NCBI GenBank assembly: GCA_000934665.2
Contig: KZ538267.1
Location: 1 to 64,000, forward strand
Origin: Catajapyx aquilonaris
Lineage: Eukaryota
DNA length: 64,000 nucleotides
Direction of reading: 5' to 3'
In this document: positions 51,166-63,417 of the stretch, one piece after another
Layout of the letters: each line of letters begins with the position of its first letter
Numbering within the stretch: position 1 is the first letter of the stretch
Translations under genes and position numbers: made by a program
Notes under the pieces: model-generated
What the model saw: only the letters and a program-made list of their open reading frames with translations
What the model was told of the DNA's origin: nothing
The model's database searches: none

Positions 51166-51510
51166 CAGGGTGGCCCCAAGTCCACGATTCAACAAGAAGG
51201 GTTGTTCACCTCAAATAATGTGAGCATGAATGTTACTTACATGAGAGAATGTGTCCGGGTAATCTTGTAACTTAAATGACATGGAAAAAAAAATTTAAAC
51301 GTAAAATTTTCCATGCAAAATTCTTTCAACTTCAGCTGAGGTGTAAAATGATATTGTGAAAATTAGTTATAGACAGCATAAAATGGTTAATTTTTGGGGT
51401 GTTTCAAAATTAAAATTATTGAAATTTCAGGATACGAACATGGTGTCTCTGGCAAACATTTTGGCAAACAATTTCTCTCCCTGTGAAGAGTGGGGTAGTG
51501 CACCACCCTG
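51166..51510. mobile_element. Degenerate Tc1/mariner-type non-autonomous element
   Basis: TA|cagggtgg ... ccaccctg|TA termini with an AT-rich interior; only the outer 8 bp match exactly. Confidence 0.5.
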
Positions 51511-52821
51511 TATTCAACTTCAGGATGGGGGGCAACGGAACTCTTGTTATTTCTTTTTCCACCTATCTTTGCTACCGCCGTCTTCTTCTTCGGTTTTCTC
51601 GAAGGAAATTATTATTAGCCAGCCGTTTTGGCAGCTAATATGGCATCCTCGTTAGTCGGCCGGGCTCCATGTCCTCCTAATTCCATTCCGGGCTTATTTT
51701 TCCTCTCCGGGGAGCCGCTCTATAAAAAGCCCCAGCGTCGGCAGTAAAAGCCTCCTCCTAATATCGGATCCTTGATTATCATGGCCGAGTGCAGTCCCGA
51801 AGGCCCTCTAGTTACGATCAACTACGATAATGACGAGCAATCAACACCCGCTGTAAACTGCAGCTTCCAAGATGGATGCGTCGAGCCAAATTTCACCTAG
51901 ACTCTCTTCTCGTGGGGACATTTTTTCCCCCCTTCTTGCCCTCACTTCCTTCTCTTTCCTGTAACGTCTTTACGACTCCGCTGCTTCGTCGCATCAGAAC
52001 CTACTTACTCTCACTTATTCAACGCGCCGGTTAAGTCCTGAGCGTTTTCAGCAAGATCTGTTGCTTAGATCGTAACTTAATCTAGCCTAAAAATTATAGT
52101 AATAACATTGTCGTCCACTATGTAATTCTAGCAGTGTAATGTAATGTGCAATTATCTATAATGTGACAGCATAATTTTATCGAAACAGTGGAATTATGTA
52201 AAGGCCTAGAGCAGTGAAAAGCAAAATATCATTACAAAACTGCATACAATATAAAGATTACTTCGTATTCCCTTACACAGGTCACAAGCACACAACAAAG
52301 TTGCTGGTAAAATAGTGTCAAAAAAGTTTTTCTAACAAATGGGCAGCGGTACACTTACGTAAATGGTATATCACGATAATGATATCTCGTATCTGTTCTG
52401 AAGTGATGTGATTACGTGCTATTTTAATATAAAGGACAAATAAATATTCTCAATTGATTATTCCAACTGTTACGTAATTTAAATACTACATAAATCACAA
52501 GCGAGTGGGCTTTTGTACAAAGCGAATTCAAAATAAATCATAATGAAACACTTCCGATTGACTACCATAAAATCAAATCTTATTGTCAGCTCTATATTTA
52601 GTGACAAACTTCGGGATCCACAAGTTCAGACTGATGTAGAACTTGCAATCGTTTCTGAGAGTCAAAATATTCTCACGAATTAATATGATACTGACGTATC
52701 ATGACAATAATCTCACACCAAACGTTCAATTAAATGTGAAAGTATTGTTTTATGCTCTTGAATAACACTGGAGTAAGGTGCAGGGTATCATTGAGTCTAT
52801 ATTATGGGGTGTAAAATATAA

Positions 52822-52827
52822 TTTATT
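52822..52827 (-). terminator. Polyadenylation signal AATAAA of paralog B
   Basis: tttatt about 30 nt past the stop codon. Confidence 0.65.
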
Positions 52828-52858
52828 TTCTGCTATGTTACATAATAAATAATTATAA

Positions 52859-54042
52859 TCAATGGTTTTGCATGTGCATGTCCATAACCGCTGCCTCGAT
52901 GTGCAGAATTCCGTCCATCACTATAGGTTTCTCCATGTGCAGTAGAATAACCGCCAAGTTGCTAGTCGTGGTGTAGATGGGTTGTTCCACACGACCGCAG
53001 AACCTGAAGTGTCAAAAAAGAATTAATTGATACTAATGAAGGTATGTGTAATGTACGGTAATGTGTAAAGTAATATCGCTTACGAATAAACAGGGGCCAA
53101 TCGTCCTTGAATGGTGTCAGAGATGGAGAGGCTCGCAGTTTGTTCCTTTACGCAATCCAAGTGGGCATCAATTATGCGAATCTGAATTTTGCAATGGCCA
53201 GGTGCTCTCAATACCCACAAACATTCTGAGGAGTCTGCGAGTTTATGTGATAAGGTAACCTGTGAAATCATTTTGCAAGTATTGTATCACAGCTGATCTG
53301 ATGCGTGAAAATTACAACTCTAAATAATGCAGAATGATTTACACTTACATTATCTCCGGCGTTTAAAAGTATCATCTCTCCACACTGACTCGGCGTGGGT
53401 GTTGGTGTAGTCCAGGGCTTTTCTGTCGTGAATTTAGTGTTTTCGGTGGACCAGGGCCTCTCGGATGAAGGATTCTCAGTTGACCAGGGCCTCTCGGATG
53501 AAGGGTTCTCAGTTGACCAGGGCCTTTCGGATGAAGGTTTGTCAGTTGACCAGGGCCTCTCGGATGAAGGATTGTCAGTTGACCAGGGCCTCTCGGATGA
53601 AGGGTTCTCAGTTGACCAGGGCCTTTCGGATGAAGGATTGTCAGTTGACCAGGGCCTCTCAGATGAAGGGTTCTCAGTTGACCAGGGCCTCTCGGATGAA
53701 GGGTTCTCAGTTGACCATGATATCTCAGATGACGACTTTGAATTATTTTTTGTCAGAAGATTGTCTGCAGCCTTATCATCTCGTGCAACAGTATCTGGAT
53801 GGCTTAAATTGTTATTTACCAAGTCGATAAAATCTGCTGCTTCGTCTGCAAGAAAGTGTCAAATTTAAAACAATACACAATAAAACCCTCGTTACTGAGG
53901 ATAAAATCTTTTACAATTTTTTACCATTGTTCGCTTCCATGTCCTTGTAGGCCAGGTTGCTCCCCCCACCTGGTATTGCAGCGGACCAAGCCGCGGAGCA
54001 ACATAGGGTCAACACCAATGCTACAGACGTTGTCATCTTCAT
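52859..54042 (-). CDS. Secreted Ser/Pro/Trp-repeat (mucin-like) protein with C-terminal CUB-like domain, 311 aa (paralog B); exons 54042-53925, 53845-53349, 53259-53084, 53003-52859
   Basis: Signal peptide MKMTTSVALVLTLCCSAAWSA; three GT-AG introns with the same phases and positions as paralog A; 936-nt frame. C-terminus CGEMILLNAGDNVTLSHKLADSSECLWVLRAPGHCKIQIRIIDAHLDCVKEQTASLSISDTIQGRLAPVYSFCGRVEQPIYTTTSNLAVILLHMEKPIVMDGILHIEAAVMDMHMQNH aligns with the CUB domain of A. The start could alternatively be the second Met at 54036. Confidence 0.9.
53445..53718 (-). repeat. Coding minisatellite, 33-bp unit (WSTENPSSERP), 8 copies
   Basis: Repeated ttgaccagggcctctcggatgaagggttctcag in exon 2 of paralog B. 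Confidence 0.95.
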
Positions 54043-54098
54043 GCTTGTGTGAATGCAGTGTGAATGTTTGTGGATGCGAATGGATTGTAGCCTATCCA

Positions 54099-54105
54099 TT
54101 TTATA
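54099..54105 (-). promoter_or_regulatory. TATA box (TATAAAA) of paralog B
   Basis: ttttata about 57 nt upstream of the ATG; same ttttatagt context as paralog A. Confidence 0.75.
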
Positions 54106-57100
54106 GTCCAGACATGTCTATGTTTCGATATCGCTTATCCGTCAAGCCCCTTTGTTATCACGCTTATTTGTTATCGCATTAAGCTACGTACGCTATACAG
54201 CCCCAATGACAGGAAATGTTTTCTAATACACTTCAAGTTATCAATGCTTCAAATGCGTCAGTTAATCATTATCATCCTTACAGCACCAATTAATCATACC
54301 AAGTCCGGTAACTCATTGACGTCCATGTGTTTATATCAATGAACTGTGGAATTGATGTTCGTCATTGTATTGCTTTTTATTAATATCTTCGTTCACCTCA
54401 AAGTTACTTCTATAAATTTTTACATGCTGTACTGTACAATGCCTACATAAAGTAGCATGCACAGTACTGTATATATGGCGATTACATAGTGTCACCAGTG
54501 TATTTTAAGATACAACGTTAAATCATGCTCGGTCGGAGTAATAATTTTTTCAAGCACTCCATATAAATTTATTGCATTTTTTGTGTTGGAGGGAATATTA
54601 CCTACAGATACGAAAAAAGCCTAAAAACTGCTGCGACACCCAGTTTATCACAATAGTCACATCAAGTTTAACTTTATTTATTTTTCAACATTCCTGCAAC
54701 ACTAATCGGAATCTTTCTAAAATTTTGCCGAAATGAGACAGTATAGACAATGAAGCTATACTTCACCTACATGAGCAGCACCTGATTTATTATAATCATC
54801 ATCTCAAAATTCTGTGCTCATAGTATAAAAATTTATTAACTCTAAATTTTGGAATATCCAATCCCGTTATGAAACTGCAGAAACAATGCTAAAATATGTA
54901 ATTATTTGCAAATTCCATGCCTAGACAGGTAATGTACATTATGCATTGTTTTTATTGCGATAATTTATACTGTAGAACACCCGCAAATAATTTATTTTTA
55001 ATCAGTCATTGAACATGCTGGCGTCAATAACATTGAGCAACTCCAAGTCCTGCTGTGACGTATATCACTCATGTAATAGATAAACTCGTATCTTGTTATC
55101 CTACAGTTAAAATAAACAACATTCACAATACGACAGCGGAAAAACGTCAAACAAAAATTTGTGCAATTAATAGCAAACTCAAATCTTAATCAGTTAGAGC
55201 TACATACTAGCAACAACCAATAACTGAATTTTTATGACATACATCATCTGCCAACTGAACAGATCTCTACAGGGTTAGGAGGTGTTTTTGGCCCTAAATT
55301 GCTCTTTATTAAGGAATAGAATTGAAATAATAATCATTGCTATGGCCAGCAAAGGATTACTGAAAATGCAAAAGTAAAGTACTCCTCCGTATCCGAAGGG
55401 GATGTTCCAAGCCCCCCGCAGATAATAAGTGAAACCCACAATTTCCGTGAAGAATATGTCATTAAGTGGACATCGTCTATTCCGGCTGGTCTATTCAATG
55501 AATGCGACATTTATTTATTTATTTATTGTACCCCATTCGAGGGCAGGGCCCTTGTAGGGGGAGACAAAAATAAACAATGAATGCGATATAATTATAATAA
55601 TTTAATGATTTTAGAGTATTCCCTAATCATTCGAAACTTCAAAAAAATACCAAATTGGTAGGCTATCACTTTGACCCCAATATGTCAACTCTCCATTTTT
55701 TTCGCTGTACTATCTTTCACTTTCGTAGAATACACTATATCAAGCGCTATGTGGACAAAATTCTTACTGGAACAAGTACCTATACTGTAATGTACCATAA
55801 AGATTAGTTGTCAAAATTACTTTGCTTGCTTAATGTGTACAATTCCATGCGACACTGACTGCTCGTAAATAAATTCACCTGACGAATTTGCAAACCCGCA
55901 TCCCAGTAATATGTGACTTTACTAACTCTTTGTTTTTAAAAAAAACTTTCGAAATGTGATTGAAGTCGCCCCATCCTGGCGACGACAATAAAACCAACGG
56001 TATGTAACATTTTATCCAAGTACCTCCCCTCCGAAATTTTAACGAGACGCATTAACGACCCTCCAAAGTGGCCCTTTTCCTCTTCTTTTTCCTCCAGATT
56101 CAATCATGGAAACGCATCTTCATGGCTGCCATCGGGCAATGACCGCTGTTTTAACCAATTGGCGACGCTAAGACGAGAGATAGTCCTCTGCTCTTTTTTT
56201 CCTCTTCCTTCCTTCCTATATCTCTCTATCTCTCTCTCTCTCATAGTGAGCCCGACTTTGCCCGACTCATTTCCTAGAAACATTCTAGCCTTGTAAAACG
56301 CCTCTTTAACGCCCAATTGTAAACCCGGACCATATTTCGCCAGCAGAAAGAGCGCCTCTAATCCGTCAATGCAATCTTCTGCGGAAAAGGAAAGAGGGTC
56401 CATTTTCTTTCATTTCCTTCTTTTCTCCGAGGCCGCCTCTTCAATCGGCTTGCTTGCTTTCGGCCAAACCAAAGCAACGAGTGTTCCTGCACTCGCAAGG
56501 CTTATACGTATAAGGATTCCCTCCTCCTCCTCCTCCAAGCATCAAAGTATCCATAATCTTCTCATTCAAAAGGCATTCATACGGCTGGGGCTTCATCCTG
56601 TAAGATGCGTTGCTAATCCTTTGTGTAGGGCAACAAGAGGCTTGGCCATGTCTTAACTTAGAATCGTCTTTGATAAGGGTCTCAAGACGGTGTTGGGAGG
56701 TTATTGCTGCCAATTTCCACATTAGCAAAGTTGGGGGCGCCCCCTCCCCAGTATACTGTATATCGAGGGTGGGGGCTCTTTATGCTCTTCACTTTCGCGG
56801 AGGCTAAGCAGTGAACCGTCCTCCAAAGTGCGATGCTATACACTATACAGAAGCTAAAACTTTGGGGGGCGGAGTGTGAATAGGAAGAGTTCACGAACTT
56901 GAGTTACTGCCTTAGTTGCCAGGTGGGGTTACGAGACGCCGTCGAAAATAATATACAGTGCAAGTAATGTAAAGTAGGCCTACACTTGGAGAAAGTACAT
57001 TACTTCTATGATTTTAAAAAATGAACATAATTAGTTTAAAAAATCAGAGTGAAATTTTCAATTACAAAATGTTAAATTTATCAACTCAGTTTAGAGATTT

Positions 57101-59060
57101 TTGGCACACATTATGAAAATCACTCGTGGCCTAAATTTGAGCAAATGATACTAACACGGAGTGTAAATAATATTGAAATATCAATTCCCAATTTCAAGTA
57201 GGATGGCCACCTAAATCACTCAAAATTGAGCAGAAATTAACTGAAATATTTTAAAGTACCGACCGACGTGATGTAATAATTGAGTACTCGTGTCTTTATC
57301 AATTTTCTCACGTACGCGTAATGGCTTAGGATTAGATGCAAGTGGAGATAATTTTTTGCACCTGGCTCTTGGAGTATCATTGTATTTTTAAGGCATTGGG
57401 TTGCAAATTATATTAGTAGTTTACCTGGAGATGAGCAATTTCAAATTTTTATCATTCAACATTGAGCAGAGGTAATTCGGCCTGGACAAAGCGACAGCAT
57501 TACAGCGATGTAATTTATTTACCGACGCAAAATTCCATATTAATATCGAGTAGTGCAGTAAAAGTCTGGGACGAAATAATTACAATTTCATTACCAACCC
57601 CGTTATTATGTTGACTCACTTTATTACGTTTACATTTATGCAAACAAAAATCAATAGCGGAATTACATTTTTAATAAATGTTTCACTCAGCGCTTGTTTG
57701 AGTAAGTGCCATTTGACGTGCATATGGAGCCCATAATATTTTATTTAAAAAGGTAATAAGCATTGCATTATAATAGGACTTTTAATGGTGTCAATACAGC
57801 TTCTTTCAACCTCAGAAATGGCCAGAGGTGCAGTATAACGAGGAATGTTCTAACCAAAATTTATCAGAAATCGATATAGTTTCTCGATAGGTCTGCATTG
57901 AAACTGTTTTTTTTTTTAAAAAACCTAAATTGCAAATGAAAATTATTATCCGAAAATCAGCAAATCGGTAAAGATTTTTTTTACAGGCAATTTTTTTAAA
58001 ACCAACACTAATAGAATCGAGGAGAATGCAGCCTGACGCTTCCAGTTTATTCCCGAGCACCATCAACGTTAACTAGCACAAACAGGTAATTTACAAGCGT
58101 CGCAGTATTAAATAAGGCACGCACCTCGGCACTTATCCGGAGAGAGAAGTTTGAAAGCTTTCCCAAAATTGTACACTCCCTCTCAAAGTTGATTTCACAC
58201 ACCTCCCAGCTTGTCTGCGCATAATTATCAACAAGGGTTACAAGCAAATAGTGTGAAAATTGCCCAAGCCTTCTCTCTCCCTCCCCCCTTTAGCCTTCCC
58301 CCCCAATTCCAATGAAGTTTACAAGCACACGAAGAAAGTTCGCACAAGTGGAAATTACTTCAATCAAATTACGCCTACAGCTATATACCCCCCNCTCCCT
58401 TTTCCCAGATAACAGATTCAACTGCTCAGATACGCTCTGGAAGAAAAGGGTGTGGTGGTTAAATCCGGATTTCCTAGGGAAATGAGTATCATTAAAGGCG
58501 TAAATAAAAGCCGGAAACTTTGCCTATCGCCTTCCAATTGCTCCAAGTGAATCATAGCTCGGAGTAATTGGCGGATTATAGTCCCTCCGGACCCGCCCTA
58601 ATAACACGCGCGAAAAAAGAAAGGTATAAGGAAGAATAACTCTCTCTTGGCCACGAGTTGTGTGAAGGAAGTCTGGTAGGGCATAAATAGATCATTAGGC
58701 ATGCAAAGTCAGTGAAGGGCTGCTGGAGTAAGAGGCTGAGCCCTCATTAACCGCTTCTGGTCCGGTTGGCTTCTGGGCTTTCCCCAACGGCTGGGTTGCC
58801 GCCATATGAGCCAGCCAATCCGTTCTAGGGAAGCGCTTCCAAGTAATGAGGCTTTCCTTTTGCTCCACCAAGCACAAGGAATGGCCCCAGCTTCCTTCCC
58901 CCCCCCCCCCTATCCTGCAGGATCTGGACGCCTTGCCTGTGCATGCAATTGCTGCCTTCTGAAGGCAAAGGCACCCTCTCTAGACATATATAGTGGATTT
59001 GCTAGAGGAATACCAATCTCCTCAGGAAAATTCGTTTTTGTGGAGAGCTGATCTCATTGC

Positions 59061-59140
59061 ACTTATATACGTATAAATACTTATATATACTTATAAATAC
59101 TTATAAATACTTATATACTTATAAATACTTATATACGTAT
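59061..59140. repeat. AT-rich minisatellite (about 10-bp unit acttataaat)
   Basis: Direct inspection. Confidence 0.85.
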
Positions 59141-59915
59141 GCATGGTGGTCAAATTGGGCCAAAGAGTGCCCTTATTGTTTGGTCTTACAACAACTAGCC
59201 TACTTCCAACTTAAACACAACCTTGACCTTTCAGCAGCTTAAGATCTGAGTTAAAACGTGTTCTTTGCTCATAACCGAGCAGAGAACATGGGTCGGATAA
59301 CTCTCAGGCGGCTAACTACACCAGCCATGTTGATCCTCCTCCAACAGCAACGGCCCGTCCCCTTTATCTGATGGGCATGGCTTGGTGGCAGATCCTTCTT
59401 CATTCGCTTCCAGCTCAGACCAAGACCGCTCTCCTTCCTGAGTTGTGCAGATAAAACCGGGCAGCCTTTGATTACCACCCCCCTCTAGCTGCAATCTTCC
59501 CCGGGTTTTAATCGGAAGGTTGTAAGAGACGCCGCCAATCCTTCCTACTAACTGGGGCTGTGCTTGAATGTGGACAATGTCAAGGAGCCTTTTTTTTCTC
59601 TCTCCCTCTATCCACGGCTTCCTCCTTTTCACAAACTTTGCGGCAGTCTGGAGGCCCGATAAACACGCAATAGCAGCAGCAGGGCCCCGGCAAATCAACG
59701 GATAATACCAGGCGGAGTAAATGGCCCGGTGTGTCCAATTGCACCGGAATCCGATTTATAACCCTATAGTCTGGGCTCTGGGGTGTGACATGAAGGAGAA
59801 ACTAGTGCTGCAGCCTCTGTTGGAATGCTTATTCCAGCTCGGTTAATCACGCCCTGTGCTTATGCCTAATATACTCTAATTTCGACCAAAATCTGGCCCG
59901 ATTGTATTGTGCATA

Positions 59916-59983
59916 TAGTACCACTACCACTCGCACGACGCTGAGTGGCGGTAGTGTGCAGAGAGGGCGGAAACGCCATCTAT
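59916..59983 (+). repeat. Short interspersed repeat (also at 62361-62428, weaker at about 8725-8800)
   Basis: tagtaccacta..actcgcacgac..tga..gt(g/a)gc(g/a)g.agtgtgca.agaggg...ccatcta shared between copies. Confidence 0.6.
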
Positions 59984-60033
59984 TAGATGTGTATAGTATT
60001 TTCTGGACAGTTGTGGCCCGAACAAATTTTGCC

Positions 60034-60095
60034 ACGTTTAGCTCATTATAGGAACGTTTTGCTCATTATAGGAACGTTTTTCTCATTATTAGGAA
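60034..60095. repeat. 20-bp tandem repeat x3
   Basis: acgttt(a/t)gctcattatagga repeated. Confidence 0.85.
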
Positions 60096-63040
60096 ATTAA
60101 ATGAAAAACCATCGCTGTACGCCAGACCCGCTAACGAGTACAAGTATTACGCTCAGTATTCAACCAATCACACACTGGCCTAGCACAAGACGTGACCACC
60201 AGCTGTTCAGCCCAACTTGATCGCCATTTACGAGGAAAAAAAGAGGACCAAGCTGCGTCGCCTTCGAAATCGGCAGGCAATAGATTGCAAATCAACAATT
60301 CACAATGGCCTCCAGGGAGCAATTTAATGCCCATTAAGCTCAAGTGGAAGTCAAGCAGAGAACAATTCCGTTAACTGGGAACAAATGCTTATCCACGGTT
60401 GGGTGCAACACACTACAAAAAAAAGGGGGGAAGGACAAGAAGGATGAACTGGCAATAGGCCTTCATCTTCCCTGTTTGGTAATTACGATCTTACGCCTGG
60501 TCTGAGCATGAATATTTCAAGCCGGTCCTGGGCTCTGGAGGGAAAGTTGCGGTTAGAGTCCTAACAAGCGGCAAGGGAGTTGAGATTACACCAAAAACTA
60601 GGCAGCAGGTGATGTTGCCCAGACAGGCTCAGCAAAAGGACCCAAAATTACAGCTCGCTTTTGTTCCATAACCATGTTTTTTTTTTCTCTCTCATCTTTT
60701 GTTGAGAGCAGCTGAAATCAGGCTTAAAGTTGGGGGACGCGACAGACTAATATTTCAACACAGTGCTTTTGTGCCATTCTAAAAGCACAGCAATAGAAAT
60801 CATATTTATATCATACAATAAGCATACGATTTCTGTGCTGAATTTTGAATGAAACTTTTAGCTCAATTCATACAGGTTGGTTCATTCAGAACTTTTTTTT
60901 CCGTAAAAATTGTGTATGAAAAACGGAGTTAACCACATCCCCCCTGCCACCCCCACCCCAAACAAGCCGGGATAATTTTATTTCAGGCAAATATCCCTCC
61001 ATCCTCATAATCAATACCCTCGTTTGTTAGTGGGGGCTGATGACAGTTGCATTTGCCGTATTAGTGGGAGCCACTGATGCGGTAATTGCCACACAATAAT
61101 TTCTAATAATATTATTATTTATGAACTTTACGGTCTGGTGGATCTGACCGGTAATATCCTAACTGAAAATAATTTAAAAAAAGCGTGGCTTAAACTCCGG
61201 AATTTTTGCACTATAACCTGAGGGGTGGTTATATAGCAGCAAAAATATTTGCGCTGCCAACATACCAGACATGCGACAGACAGTTCAGTTTCAAAATTGA
61301 CAGCCTGAGTATTTCGGTCGCAAAAATTCCATCACCGGCAGAGTGCGCCAAAAAAATAATTTGCCTATACACCATCCTGCACAAAAAAAAATAAGCCCGG
61401 TTACAATTTTATTACCGAATAGGAAACGGATCACCCGAAAAGTCGTCTTCTCTCCAAAACGAATTCCCAAGGATTTTGCCTTTTTTTTCTCTGAAGAGAA
61501 TAGCTGTGGCCTCTGAAGCCTTACCCTTACTTTCTCCCCCGGAAAAATAATTTCCCCGGATTGGACTGCCGCCTCGCGTCATGTCAGCTGGTCGCTGATC
61601 TGGGAAGAGAACTTGGGTCCAGACCCGGTATTTTTAAGGGGGGGTAAAGAAAAAAAACCTGGCTTTTCTTTTCTCGTCATAGGGGAGCTCTCATCACCAG
61701 CCCCCTTTTCTCATTGCGTTGTGTTTCCTCCCGGACCAACGTGTTTCTGTCACTATCAAGCTGAGAGGCCGGACTACAATAGGGGGAGAAAAGCCTGGCC
61801 TTTTTTTACACACAAAAAAAATATATCTGGACAAGTCATGGGACAGACGACGTTTCAGGAAGTGTCGGTTTTATTACAAAGTGGGGTTTTTTTTGCAAAC
61901 AAAAATGGGGCGTCGCAATTAGAAGGACGGACTTTTTTTCATTATTTTGATTCACTTTGCTTAGAGACTGGGGATATTGCGGTTTGTTTCTACTGCTGGA
62001 ATGGCAGAACAGGTTATGTCCGATGTCACACTACTTTATTAAAACTGCTGGGCTTTTCATTTCGGAAAAGGGAGATGAATTATATATATATTTTTAATGC
62101 GGAAGTCAGTCTGCGTTGCCTAAATTATGCAAACTTTAGTTCTATAATGAAGCCGCTGAAAGGTAATGTTAAAGCTTTGCGCTGTTTTTTAAAGGGGTGG
62201 GAATGCCCCTGAATTACTACGTGGTGTAATTATTACAAGAGAGGTTTGGCTTTCAACAAAACTAGTTGACTAATTATCTGTGCTGACTACCTAAAAATAA
62301 TTTCACTGGGGGAAAAGTCTGTGTTTGTTTGTCCAGGGTGAGTCATCAGCTAGGTACAAGTAGTACCACTAACTCGCACGACCTTGATAGTAGCAGCAGT
62401 GTGCAAAGAGGGATGTTGCACCATCTATGTGAGGAATATGGTACTATCCCTGGACATTTATTTTCACCAGATAAAACACCATGTTCTCTTCCCAATGTCC
62501 GCACTTCTAGAAACCGGGAACTCACATTACTTCTGACCAATATGAGGACGTGAGGCCACCTAAAACCAGTGCAGAGGTTGGGTTAAGGGCTGTTCGGTCT
62601 CCCCACACAAATCTTTGTTTATTGCCAACCCTTTTTTGGGGGGTGCTAACCACACTTTGGCCCACTCCCACTATTGGTATTAGATGGTCTCTACCCTTTT
62701 CCCCCCCTCCTAAGCTCACCCTATGGAAGTAAGCCTTTTTTTTAAAGTCGAAAAAGTTTTTTGATTGTCGTGTCGGTGGGCTCTCCTAATTATACCGAGG
62801 CCAAAGAGCAGGAGCGTCAAGGGGGTATAGTCAACACCGCAAACTCCAAAATATTGACCTGATATGGATTTATGGCCCGGGTTGGCTTCCCTGGGCGACG
62901 GGTGTTCACGATAGCTCATTACTTTTAAGGGTGTGTCCTCTCATTAGTCACCCTCCCCCTCTGCTGTAAATCACCTCTCAAAACTATTTTTCTTTTTATT
63001 AAAAAGAGAGAGACGGTGGACGTGCTTGTACTGTAACTAG

Positions 63041-63417
63041 TTTTTAGACTTTTTCTCATCGGAAAAAAAGTCGTACAGAACTGCTCTGCCCGTTTGTCTG
63101 TGGACATGTGATAGCGACAAACGGTTTTCGGATTCGGATTCAGTGCATCATAAATACAGTGTCATGGTCAATTTCCGGTGACCGGCTACTTCCGGTTTCT
63201 CGGGTTAACTCTATCTGCCAATGTCAAATCTACACCCTATAAATTAATTTTGTAAGATTGCTTGGTGCGCAACGGGAAATGAGACTGACAAACACTCTAT
63301 ATCATTGTTGTCCAGTTAGAATCGCATCTTGTCGTATTGTATTCAACAAAATTGTCCCGCTGTCCAACGAGAAAAAGTCTACTCGAATCACGCTCGCGTG
63401 ATTTGCCAATCTTGTTT
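63041..63417 (+). mobile_element. DINE-1/HINE-like non-autonomous Helentron, most intact copy
   Basis: Perfect 13-bp subterminal inverted repeats tagactttttctc (63045-63057) / gagaaaaagtcta (63369-63381); partial IR gaaaaaaagtc next to the 5' subTIR; GTCY tract; 3' stem-loop aatcacgc-tc-gcgtgatt (63386-63403); T-rich termini and no TSD. Confidence 0.85.

Noticed and set aside
53395..53868. Plus-strand repeat ORFs (SVDQGLSDEG; MKGSQLTRAS)
   Set aside because: Antisense shadows of the 33-bp coding repeat of paralog B
61613..62212. 199-aa plus-strand ORF
   Set aside because: TTG start, runs through poly-A/T tracts, no domain or splice support
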